Of a stretch of 64,000 nucleotides of DNA, positions 1-10,637 are shown piece by piece (positions within the stretch are counted from its first letter, which is position 1; every line of letters begins with the position of its first letter). The position numbers were made by a program, and so were the translations under genes. Source of the stretch: Amoeboaphelidium protococcarum X5. Its lineage: Eukaryota > Fungi > Aphelidiomycota. The stretch is taken from positions 176,442 to 240,441 of the forward strand of contig JALDTO010000206.1 in NCBI GenBank assembly GCA_023515725.1. Direction: 5' to 3'. The notes beneath the pieces were generated by a model, which did no database searches, was not told the origin of the DNA, and saw only the letters and a program-made list of their open reading frames with translations.

Positions 1-430
1 TATCATGAAATGATACACCGACATCACGAGGCGTAAAAGAGCATACAGAATATGAGAGATTTTACAAGCCAAGATCCACAGATACTAATACACGCCGCGA
101 TTAGCTCTTTTAAAATTCGACACCACTGATACCTTTTAAATCGGACAGTGAATCCATAAGCGACTCAGTAATCATTGACACTTTATCAGACTTTCGATAA
201 ATAGTTTACGGCAATCTTATCTAAAGCCTTCTGATAACATCATTCAATTGAACACTGGGCAATATCAATAGTTGATTCCTCAGGCGTTACTCAACGCTGG
301 AATGTAACGAAATAGAATCTAATTAACTATTTTTAGTTATCAAACTATGTTATGAAGTTAACATATCTTTCAGACGCCAAGCGATAGATTTAAATAGCAG
401 TTTATTATGCTATGAATTTAGACTCGCCAT
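1..430 (-). CDS. Mitochondrial Holliday-junction resolvase, Ydc2/Cce1-like (5' part; runs off the window edge)
   Basis: With TAR=Gln the frame is open from ATG at 430 to the edge: MASLNSQHNKLLFK...RRVLVSVDLGLQNLSYSV. The motif resembles Ydc2 RVLGIDLGIKNFSY (RuvC-fold first acidic residue), preceded by a possible SAP-like helix pair. Confidence 0.6.
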
Positions 431-624
431 ACTATGGTGCTCCTTTCAGTTAAATACAAGAATCTCTAAAACTTGAAACAAAGAGACTCACACAGCGAGA
501 AAAAGAGAGAGAGCAAACACAGTAAAATATAAAATAAAGGAGCAAGCTGCTTTTCCATAACGCGCGCGCGAGAGACTCCCAGTCGTCGCCGAATAAAGTA
601 GCAGCCGCCACCGGGGAAAGAGAA

Positions 625-628
<4 letters not shown>

Positions 629-658
<30 letters not shown>
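629..658. repeat. (AG)n microsatellite
   Basis: About 15 AG units. Similar tracts occur in intergenic DNA near 19166, 24999 and 30151. Confidence 0.9.
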
Positions 659-662
<4 letters not shown>

Positions 663-728
663 GAACAGTTGACCGAAACCTTTTCGCTGAAATTCTAAAA
701 AATCGCACGATCGTCGCCGTCAAAAGTC

Positions 729-1439
729 GTGAAAGATCAAGTAGAAATCCATCCACAGCTCGCCGTATTCCTTCTTCAATCAACTACTGATGGGCGGCCA
801 TTGAAAGTTCTGCAGACGGATAATGGGAAAGAGTTTCAAAACAATCGCATCACAAATTGGATGAATGATCATAACGTTACATCACAGTATTGTGAGAAGG
901 ATGATAGGAAGTGTTTAGGAGTAGCAGAGAGATTCAATCGCACTATCAAACTAATGATTGAAAAGTATTTAACAAGTAAGAATACAAATAGATGGGTTGA
1001 CAAGTTGCAAGACTTTGTTCAAAACTACAACTCATCATTTCATAGTAGCATCTCAAAGATACCAGAGCAGTTAGAAATGTATTATGAAGTAGAGTTGATT
1101 AGAATGAGTATTGATCATAATAATCGCGTGACCGATTCTGTCATCAAACGTGGTGACTTTGTAAGATTATTGAATAAACGAGGAGCATTCGAGAAAAAAG
1201 GACAGAGATTCACATTGAAAGTTTACATTGTTGAGGAAGTGGGGTTGAATAGTGTTCGTGTAGAAGGCAAGCACAAGAAACTCAACTTGTTTGAAGTGTT
1301 GAAGGTTTCACCATTAAGTCAAGATATCGATAACTCATTGAGGCAAAAACAACTTGACATCTATAGAGCAGATAAGCGTATTCGTGAGCGTGAAGGCATT
1401 GAGCCAGATAGAAGACAGAGTAAAAGATTAAGAAAGTAA
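729..1439 (+). mobile_element. Truncated rve-family DDE integrase, Polinton/Maverick or virophage-like type
   Basis: Motifs LQTDNGKEF (second D), AERFNRTIK (E), WVDKLQDFVQNYNSSFHSSI, and an SH3-like tail GDFVRL. No first catalytic D and no ATG; similarity starts near 790. All Gln codons are CAA/CAG and the frame ends at TAA. Confidence 0.75.
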
Positions 1440-1941
1440 CGGATTTATTGGCACCATTAAAACCCAGTGGGAAAGGTATGCAACGCGTACAGGCAACTAT
1501 TCATGTAAGGAAACATCAAACGTCACAGTATTTTCAATTCCAATCATCTACGGACAGTTTAGTGATCACGAACACTTGAGCCTAATTCCTGCGCAGATAA
1601 GCGAAATCTCAAGCATCCCACTGAGCTATGGCGAAAAGATTCGTGAAGATGTAAGAGCCTTTTTTGATGAGGGGTTGAAAGCAATGGCATTGAAATCGAG
1701 AAATCGCCCTGTCAAGAAAGCAAGAAAGCGAAGTGACAAGAGTTGGATTAAAGCGAAGGAGGGAGTGATCGAGAGAGTTATGGACAAATGGGAAGGTAAT
1801 TTCAACGCAATTATAAGTGACACAAAATATCAATTGAGGGATATCCATTATCATACCACTTGCATGTTGGCAATGTATTTTACTGATGAAGTAATCGAGC
1901 CATCAAAAGAAGTCGATCCACGTCTGTTCGCGAGTTATTAA
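1432..1941 (+). other. Open frame fragment of unknown origin, no 5' ATG, standard-code-like
   Basis: About 170 codons without TAA/TAG/TGA until TAA at 1939-1941. Globular-looking composition, no recognisable family. Confidence 0.3.
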
Positions 1942-2304
1942 CCGCACCGTGATGAGGTGCTCCAAACCCTTGTCGTCAATAATCTTCTCAAACGTTTTCC
2001 TCTTCTGTTCGGTATACAGAACTCTTTTCACGCATTTGAAATTATTCGAGGCAAATACGACTCGGTCTCCGAAAATGTCTTCATCCGAAATCTGAGGAGA
2101 GGAGGCGGCAGCATAGCCAGCGAGTGCAAGCAGCTCAATATCAGTCTTCATATTAATTCGAGTCTTCCCAACCAGATTGAATGCATTCGCGACTTCCTCA
2201 TAAACGCCGTCTAAAAACGCTTGCGGAATTTGATCCTCCATCACAAGCAACTCAAACCCAGGTGGCAAATGTGGATGCATGACACTAACTTCATTCATGG
2301 TCAT
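1903..2304 (-). CDS. Hypothetical protein (133 aa) within the integrase-bearing segment
   Basis: ATG to TGA frame; all Gln codons are CAR; no family recognised. Confidence 0.35.
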   Translation of the reverse strand: MTMNEVSVMHPHLPPGFELLVMEDQIPQAFLDGVYEEVANAFNLVGKTRINMKTDIELLALAGYAAASSPQISDEDIFGDRVVFASNNFKCVKRVLYTEQKRKTFEKIIDDKGLEHLITVRLITREQTWIDFF

Positions 2305-2349
2305 TTCAAGAAGTAAAAACTTCTTGGGTACCTTACTACTCTTAAGCCA

Positions 2350-2421
2350 AATGTCGCTACAAAATTGTCGCTAACACGATCAAACGAATGTCGCTGACAA
2401 TGTTGTTGACAATGTCGCTAC
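2350..2421 (+). repeat. Cluster of short imperfect direct repeats TGTCGCT(A/G)
   Basis: Copies at 2352, 2366, 2389 and 2413, plus a degenerate TGTTGTTG at 2401, upstream of the transposase. Confidence 0.7.
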
Positions 2422-2643
2422 ATAAACTGCGCGTGCGACCAACACTGTTTCAGAAATATCAGCTTCAGTATCAGATATACAGTTGCCTATATCTGACTCT
2501 GATATCAGCATTCAAAATAAAAAGTGCCGTGAGAAGCCTAAAAGAAAGTCGTAGTCAAAATATAGTATGATTTAATTTCCAATCTCAATACTTATTTCAT
2601 TACTTTTGTAGAGCGAACTTCACTGTTAAGAGAGATTTTGAGA

Positions 2644-5600
2644 ATGAACACTACCAATGGAATGTCCATCAGCAATTATGTCCCTCCTCCTGGTGCAAGG
2701 AAGATCAAGAGGCAGAGAGAAGACGCAGAAAATGCACCGATCCATCCTGGTAAGACTTGGAAGTGCCCGATATGTAAAAATCTTCATTTCCCATCTAATA
2801 AGAAGCCGCACACTAAATTTTGTTTGGAATAGTAAAAGAAGAACAACAGTATTGCAGGTTCCGCGAATACTTTGTCAAGTTGGCTGACTGGAGCATCCTA
2901 ACAATCAGTGGACTCTTTCGCTGATGTACCAGTTCATCAATCCGCGTCTGATCAGACGCCTGAAACAAATGATATTAATGCTCATCATGATACTACCTCC
3001 TCAGTCGAAAATGATGATCAAGTTAATGCCACGTTAGTGATTGAGTAGAAAGATTAGAATTGGAGAAGTCATCCCTCCACCGCATTTATAGTCAAGTACA
3101 CTGATGAGATTGACTACGCCATTAAAGGAACAGGTTCGCGCGGCTATCAATGCAATGCAACGTCGTCAAGGTGTCATGGTGTCTGCGATTGCAAGCCGCT
3201 GAATCCTCTGTCCTGGCGTGATATCTGGATTTATCCGCCTAATCCTTTATTAGTCTCAGATTATATGGAGAGCTAGGATTTTGTGAAGGAGAAAGTTATA
3301 TTCTGGACGCCAGAAGTGTTTTTCCATCATCTTGGTGTTCGCCACATGCCTTGTCCAGTTCATGGCGTTGTGGATGGTCACGTTAAGGTAGCAGGCTGGT
3401 CAGCAGTAGGGCCTCGAAAAGTAATAGGCATTGGTCAGTCGTATTACATCATGTTCAAGAGGTACAAATGCAATCTGTGTCACTGTGGTACTGGTGGCAG
3501 GACTGGTAAGGAGTTTCGTGGAATAGATCCAGATACTTTGCAGCATCTTCCTCCTCATGTTTAGCAATAGTTGCCGTGTACGGTGATTGACAACACGATC
3601 CTGGACAACTAATTGATTTAATTAATGGATAGGATGATCATGCGAGGAGTCTCTTTTAATGAGTTTGTAAAGATGTTGGATGAGCTGTTCAACAACTAGC
3701 ATTAATCAAGACATCTTGCCTATCTGTCCGCATCAACATTTGTTAGAAGGAACCCATAGAAGACTTTAATGTTTTAAGCTTTGCCTGCACTGATTGACCC
3801 ATTTCCAGAATTCAGCGACAAAGATTAGTATAACGTATCCATTCCATCCACTACTGTTTTAAAGAAATTCTATTATAAGAGCCAAATGGATGTGTATGAT
3901 CTGAAGAACGCCGCTGTCGCGCAAGTTACTGGCAAAGTTTTGAGCGGTGATCACACTTTCAAAGCAGCCAAGGTGCCTGTGTCTAAGTCTCAGTAGATAT
4001 TTGAGGGATTATACTCCTTGGTGAATGAGTATGGCCAAGTAGCTGGATTCTGGCTTGTGCCAAACAAAAGTCTGAAAGAGTTGACTAGTGAATTTGAAGT
4101 CTTGAAGCAGCGCTATGCGGCCAAAGATGAAGAGGGTCCTCAGGCTTTCTTCACAGATCTCTGCTGCACTGAAAGAGCATTTCTCTCTGATATGTTTGAA
4201 TCTCTGTCAGCTACTGGATAAGGATAGCGAGTACTCTTGGATATATTTCATTTCATGGAGCGGTATCCTGTTAAGAAGAAACATCCTCTATACTCTCTCT
4301 TTGCCTCCAACCTCCGCGACGCGATATTCATCTGTTCTGAAGAAGACATGCAAGATGTGAAGTCAGTATTACAGCAGCGTGGAGTATCAGATAAGTAAAT
4401 GGATCAGATCAAGAGAAGCTATCTATTGCGTAATGGTAAAGTGAGAAGATTTGTTCCACCTGCGGATATTTTGTCGAATAGAATTGATCAGGTGGTCTAA
4501 ATGTTCAGAGCGGTTAACAGTGAGTTCATTGATGATCAAGTAATGAAACATCACGAGCGTAATCTGAAGCACGCCAAAGATGGCTGTTTATCAGATCCTC
4601 CTGGTGTTGACATGTACTTGCAATTAAAGCCTGGAGATGATGGATCTTTTAAGTAGTTCAAGTGTTTTAGAGGTACCAGCCAATAAGAAGGATATCACAT
4701 GATGTTGTACAATGCGTTTTAAGCAAAGTCTATCTCTCCTGAGCTATATAATGTTATGCTCATGGACTTTGTCTACAGAAGAAATCAAGATGCGGCACTG
4801 ACCTGTGGGCTGACTCCGGATTTTCATATTTACAACCCACTAGTGCTGAGCTAAATTAAGCAGTTGTATGTCGACAATGCGAAATACTTCAAGTGTCCTG
4901 TTTTTGAGAATCTGACCATTCCACAGGTATCTGAATTCTCAAAATCTGTTAAATTTGGCTGTAGTAAGTATTTGGGCAAATCTCTTGATCTAAAGAACAT
5001 TTCTGACTAGTAGCTGATGATGGAATGCGAAGGTGGCTTTGATGAAGAACTGATTGATGCACTGGCCGATCCAGTTGAAGTTGATTTGACTGTTATTGAT
5101 ATGGATTAGAGTGATATATCTACTGAGCCCATCAAGCTGAACTCCGATGATATGATCTCTAAGTTTGCATTCAATGTCATATCACGTCCCGTCTCCTCCC
5201 AAAAAGAGCTCATCTTATTCATGTCACTGTTTGAACAATATTGCACCAAGAAAAACGGTGATGATAAGTAAGTAGATTATGAGTAAATGGCTGATCGATG
5301 GAATTTTCTGGTTTATAACAAGATTGCCGCCTGCTCAAATTAGTCTGAAGTTGATGATTTGTTATCAGAATACTCTTTTAAAGCACCAAGCCATTTGAAG
5401 AGTTTTGAAGATATTGTGGAACGTAAGTTGGCATGCAAATACGCGATTGATCCATTTAAGGCCCAGTTCAGACAGCTATAAAATCATTTGACTGACCCAA
5501 CAGCATTGCATATTCCGTTCGAAATTCCGTAGTTGCATTAGGTGTCTACTGAGTAAACTGTCTAAGTAGTTGAACATGTATCTGTAGAAACACAGACTTC

Positions 5601-6207
5601 ATTGAACAATTTGAGCTGCATCTGTCCTGCTACTCAGTCTGTTTAGAGTGTCAATGATTTGCTTGCTACTGCAGATTAGGATATTTAGAGATTAGTTGAT
5701 AGTATAGACGATGCTTACTTCACCAATCTGGATATGGACACTTTGTTCAATCCAGTTTTGGGTCTGCCTGATGGTGATGATATTCCTAGAGTTGACAATT
5801 TTGGAGAGAATGTAGACATCAACGAACAGCCGACCTTTAACTAATTAACTTATCATACCGTCGATATCATTTAAGCTGATACTGGGCCTGTCACAATGAC
5901 TGAGGCTGTCAATTTGACTGAACTGCTGCGTTAGAGATTCGGCGACGACGTGTTGACACCTGAAAACGGATTTGTCAATGAAGAAGAGTTGGACAGTAAT
6001 TTGAGAAGCGAATCAGTGAAACAAGTCTGCAAAATCTGCTGGAAGCCAAGATTGATGGCTGATTCCAATTAATGTACTGAAGGCCATTCTTCCAAAAGAT
6101 GCGATGCATCAAGTTAGTTAGACGATTCTTTGTTGTAAATGCGTACAAGTCTCTATAAAAAGTTCAGAAAGCGTGTAGAAAGAGAGAGAAAGTTGAAATA
6201 GACGTGA
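2644..6207 (+). mobile_element. Intact 1187-aa DDE transposase, Dada-superfamily-like (DUF6729-type N-terminal region), TAR=Gln
   Basis: Single frame ATG 2644 to TGA 6205-6207. Motifs: CPIC..H..H zinc finger; CPVH...GW...GPRKV...RYKC; SGDHTFK; VNEYGQV; FTDLCC; LDIFH (DxxH); GCLSDPPG; RGTSQQEGYH; C-terminal CKIC..H..C. About 45 in-frame TAA/TAG codons. Confidence 0.75.
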
Positions 6208-6290
6208 TTTTATGAACTGATTGAGTAATTGAGTGGATATGATCGCAGATCTTCGGTTTCTTCTTACTCATCCCTTGAAATCCGTATAAA

Positions 6291-6323
6291 ATATCGCAAC
6301 CGACCTGCGGTCGGCAGCGATAT
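6291..6323. other. GC-rich stem-loop downstream of the transposase
   Basis: ATATCGC-AA-CCGACC-TGC-GGTCGG-CA-GCGATAT (13 bp paired), followed by a T6 run and CTAG at 6337-6340. Confidence 0.7.
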
Positions 6324-6422
6324 AATTTTTTCCCGACTAGGCGTATAACCATATAATTTGCCGACTTCTTTGCCAATTTTTTTAATTACTTTAAACGCGC
6401 TCGGCTTCTCAAAAGTTTAAAG

Positions 6423-7091
6423 ATGGCCGATATTTCACCCAAGTATCGCAGACACAGGTACCATCCATATGAAATCATCGAAATCCGTGAAGCTCCGTAA
6501 GCTGAAGTCGATAATGCTGTTAAAGTATTGGAGGCTTGGAGAGATCAAATGCTGGCAAAGTCGCGTGAGGATGAACACTTTCCATACTCGGCAGATGAGT
6601 TTATAAAATTGGGGTCTATTGCCACTTATTCGATATTAAAAGATCAAAGTGGAAAGATGAGTAAGATACTTAAATAGTTGAAAGATTAATCCTTAATAAA
6701 CAAGGAGTATCGAGATAGTATCGATTAGTTGACTACCAGAGTTGGCAATCTGGAGTTGTTTTCATATAAAGTTGCTCTGATGACGATGTTAGAGGTATAT
6801 TTTATGGAGAAAATGTTTACTGAAGACTCTGATATTCCTGAGGATTTTACTCTGAACAATGGGCTAAACAGTGCGTCTGAGGGCTCGATCCTGGCAAACA
6901 CCGGTATTCCTAAAAATATTTGGCAGTAAATGCGCTCAGTGCTTTTGAAATCTCCATCTGGTCGAAATGCTACGGTGCATGATCGTTATCCCGATAAGGA
7001 CATCTTGTTGAACGCGTACAATTGCCTGATACAGAATGACAAGCCTGACTAGGATGTTGCTTTGGCATTTATGAAGATTATCGCTCGCTGA
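6423..7091 (+). CDS. Hypothetical protein (222 aa) with an N-terminal PY-NLS-like motif
   Basis: ATG to TGA with TAR=Gln: MADISPKYRRHRYHPY...; helical, coiled-coil-like middle section. Confidence 0.55.
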
Positions 7092-7887
7092 ACCATGGTT
7101 AGATATTAAATTTATGTACATTGCATTGCTCTTATTCATCTCATGTTGCTTAAAAGGTGAAATCAAAATATATGATGTTTACTTGCAGAAAGGTTAGGAT
7201 CATGTGGCTTAGTTTTTGTTTCTCCCGCTCTCTCAATGACCCTTTCTAATCCTTTTGTTCCTCTTGAATTCACAAACAACACGAGTAGATTAATATTTTT
7301 TAATGCGTATTCAGTATCGTTATTGTATTTGTGTTTGGTCATCATTCTGCTTTTTATGAGTATAGAAAATTCCGCGCTAATCGGACAGCATTTGATCAGC
7401 TCTACAAGTGCCCGTCGCCTTTCGATAAGGATTCATAATATTTCCCATACAGTCGGGCGTCATGTGTTAAAGTGTACTTCTCCTATACAATCGCGCCGGG
7501 CATATGGGGACCAGTGTTTTATCAAAATACACACGCCGGCTAATGCTACCGTCACGCCATTGTCGTCGTCGAGATACTGTTCATAAATGCACTCATCATT
7601 CGGTTTATTCTTTCTAACATTATTATCACAACAATCTCTACACTTATGCAAGTCGCTCTCAATTCGCCTGATGTTGCATTCAAATAGACTTAATCCATAT
7701 TGCACACTCTTTTCTGTTTTAATCAAACGACTTGAGCACTTCAATTATCGGTCAGATTACTTGCGTTAATTCTGTTCCATTTCATATTTCTAAACAATAT
7801 TTGTATTTGCTTCACTCTTATTAGCCATTGACTCTCTCTATATCTTCTTGATTCACTGATACTAATTGGTGAGCAATTTCTTAAACT

Positions 7888-9261
7888 ATGATTGAACTTC
7901 CGGAAGAGCTTTGGGATTAGATATTGGTCTACTGCGTGGGTTCTACAGTATCTGTTAATGGTATGCTGTTAAGATAATTGGTACAAATTTTGCTTGTAGA
8001 TAAGCAATTTTACAGACTATCTATGCAATCTTTGGCCAAGTGGTTATGCTGGTACAAGCTCAATATTGACTTTAAAATCTAGCCAGAGTACAAATCTCGC
8101 TTTAGCCAAGACTCATCATCACCAGACTATCGTTTCAATTAAACATAATAATAATAATAATAATAGTAATAATAACATGGGATGTAGAACATTCCGATTG
8201 CTGCGTAGATGCCTGAATATCGTATCGTGTTTTCACCTCCTAACTCTGCACAATCACATTATCAATCCAAAGTACCTCTGCAATGTCTGCAATATATGGC
8301 TGATGTGAAGTGGTTCAAGTACATACCTGTGGACTACAAGAAGAACTAAATACGAGTCACGCCCATAGTTGACTTGGAGCGATACGTCTCAGTCTGTTTG
8401 GAATCAGCATTCACCAGGACCGCTCACTTTAAATATAATGATAAAGACTCGATATCGGTGAATATCGATGTTAAATAACCTCCAGGCTTGTTTTATGTCA
8501 AAGCCCGCAAGGACGCATTGGGGGAATTTGAATTATTACAAGAGCAAGTGAGTCGTGACGTGGTAGTTCCAATAGCAGAAGGCAAGTCTAAAGTGGTTCA
8601 AATGTACGAATCTGCATACTTTGTTCGAGTGAATTACGTCTACTGCTCCCCACGCTTCCCATTTCCGAATACCGATCGTGAAATTTAATTGTCTTCTGAT
8701 GCATAAGTGTACAATAGGTTTTATAAAGATTTCCAAGTGCTTTAGAAGGACTTTCTTGGTCGATACAATGTATAGACGGTTGAGTGCTTTTAATTAAACA
8801 CAAGGTCGTCCAACATTGTGCTGAGATGCTTCACATTATACATGCACGCCAGCGAATCATTTAATTAGATTGACGCAAGTAGTATGGATCAACTGTGTGC
8901 AATGGTATATCTGTTTGATGGCTTAGGATCTAACATACATGTTACTGCAGATTGTAGTGACTAGATGCCGACTTAATCAACGCAAGTAAAGTAGGACAAT
9001 GAAGACGCCAAGGTGACTCCGGATTTAGGCAAACTTCTTCTTAAAAGAATTAGTATAATGGCAGAGGCTTAACACCAAGAAACGCAAAGTTTAATCGATT
9101 CAGTGCGCCGTGATTGTGTCTTGGTAAAGAATGAACCTCAAAGTTCCAGGTGTTATCTCAAATGGGAGAATGCAATAGACAAATTGGCCTTTACCATTAG
9201 AAAAGGATAAGTGGATGCTGGTAATACTAAAGCATAAGGAAGTGAAAGTACGCCTGAATGA
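7888..9261 (+). CDS. F-box protein (457 aa) with a polyQ tract
   Basis: MIELPEELWDQILVYC...LVQILLVDKQFYRL matches the F-box consensus. Frame open to TGA 9259-9261 with TAR=Gln. Confidence 0.7.
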
Positions 9262-9271
9262 AGATTAATGT

Positions 9272-9934
9272 TCACTATACAATTGGCTATTTACCCTTCT
9301 ATCTTGAGATATAGTGCTTCCTAGACTAATATACCATCCACTTTTTATGCAGCTGATATCGCCGCTGCCGTTCATCATAATCCTGAGTCCATTCCATCTT
9401 TGGTGGTGGCTCTTACATATCCTCCTCCTCATCTGCATCACTGCTACCATCAGTCTTACGATTATGTGTATTCCAGTTTTAAACTTTGGACTCATAACTA
9501 CCATCATTATTAGATTAATGAGTGGATTACTACGCGCGATGATTCTACTATAATCCCTACAGTTCTGGTTATTAAACATCTCGCTAGCGTCGTCTAATCT
9601 GACCAGATAGTGCACTCTCTAACACGGCATCAAACTTCCTCTGCACTTTCAGTTACTCTTCTATAGCAGCGGGATCCAAGTCAGGGAACATTTCTTAAAT
9701 CTATTGCGCCATCTATCTTTATTCAGGTGTAAGAATTACAGACTTGGTACCATAGTTGCTAAGTCTTGATGATGATGACGATGATGACGATTATATTGAC
9801 TGCCTCGCCGTAGATGTGGACCGCACAGCAGCGCTTGAGCGATTATCAGTGTTATGTGTATTAGTTCTCTGCAACACTTTATAGATTATCACCGCAACTA
9901 TCAAAATTAAGACTAAACTTTAAAAATCATCCAT
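9272..9934 (-). CDS. Cue1-like ERAD factor (N-terminal TM anchor, CUE domain, C-terminal E2-binding helix)
   Basis: Hydrophobic N-terminus SLVLILIVAVIIY; CUE motif QIQEMFPDLDPAAI; C-terminal WTQDYDERQRRYQLHKKWM. Confidence 0.7.
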
Positions 9935-10142
9935 CTTTATTCTATGATTATTTAAATATTATTATTGCGCAATGTCAGATCGCCAACAACAATCAGCTGA
10001 AGAAATAAAGAGGAACTTTGATCGCCTTTGACTCGAAAGAAAATACAGTACCGCAGTTGTTCATCTAGCGAACAGAGTACTTTTCAGTCATCGAGGAATC
10101 ATTCAAAAGTTTTAGAGTCAAATGACGCGATTAGAAGAAAGA

Positions 10143-10586
10143 ATGACAGCGGGTGTCGTATAGGAGCTGTAATTCAGATCAAGTGTAAGAGATTTGGAGT
10201 TTGCCGTATGTATAATTGAAATGGGCTCATAGTCGTTCTGGGTACAGTTGACTGGTCAGAAGGGAAACGTTGATAATGCAAATATTAACAAGCCTGATCT
10301 CAAGGATCTGTCATTGACTTTAATGTCTGGCTAACCGTCAACTTACGCGCAATAGGGCGGCAGCTCCATAAGTATTGTGGGTGGTGACTAAAACTTGTGC
10401 CAGAAATTGTCTTAGGCATTGAGCAGAGATCCTACGGCGCGATAGAAAGTACGTCAACTATTTGTAGCTACGGCGGATTTGAAGATTGATCTTGGAAGTG
10501 GATTATCTGGATAAGACGATGAGTTGACAGTAATCCATGGTGAATTTATACGCGCCGTCAAGAAGTACTTTTGTGAATAAAAATGA
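10143..10586 (+). CDS. Small protein (147 aa), possibly proteasome assembly chaperone 4 (PSMG4/PAC4)-like
   Basis: ATG to TGA with TAR=Gln. The order of motifs (SFWV...LKDLSL...SISIVGG...KLSQAL...QLFVA) loosely resembles PAC4. Confidence 0.4.
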
Positions 10587-10637
10587 AATTTGTGCATATA
10601 TGAATTTAGTACGTAACCATGCTCACTCTTATAATTA

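Noticed and set aside
466-783. 105-aa minus-strand ORF
   Set aside because: Produced by the (AG)n microsatellite (SLSLSL run); no coding signal.
2350-2421. Possible CRISPR-like array
   Set aside because: Repeats are only 8-11 bp with irregular short spacing, there are no cas genes, and the context is eukaryotic.
6291-6340. Bacterial intrinsic terminator or Helitron end
   Set aside because: Eukaryotic context, no Rep/helicase, and CTAG is not followed by T. Kept only as an unexplained hairpin.
2300-6420. Terminal inverted repeats, or a split tRNA/snRNA target, flanking the transposase
   Set aside because: Only a weak shared word (TGAGAAGCC) between the two flanks; no convincing TIR, TSD or small-RNA fragment found by eye.
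7100-7860. Long open frames on both strands between the orphan gene and the F-box gene
   Set aside because: With one stop codon, long chance frames are expected; none shows a recognisable motif or convincing start.
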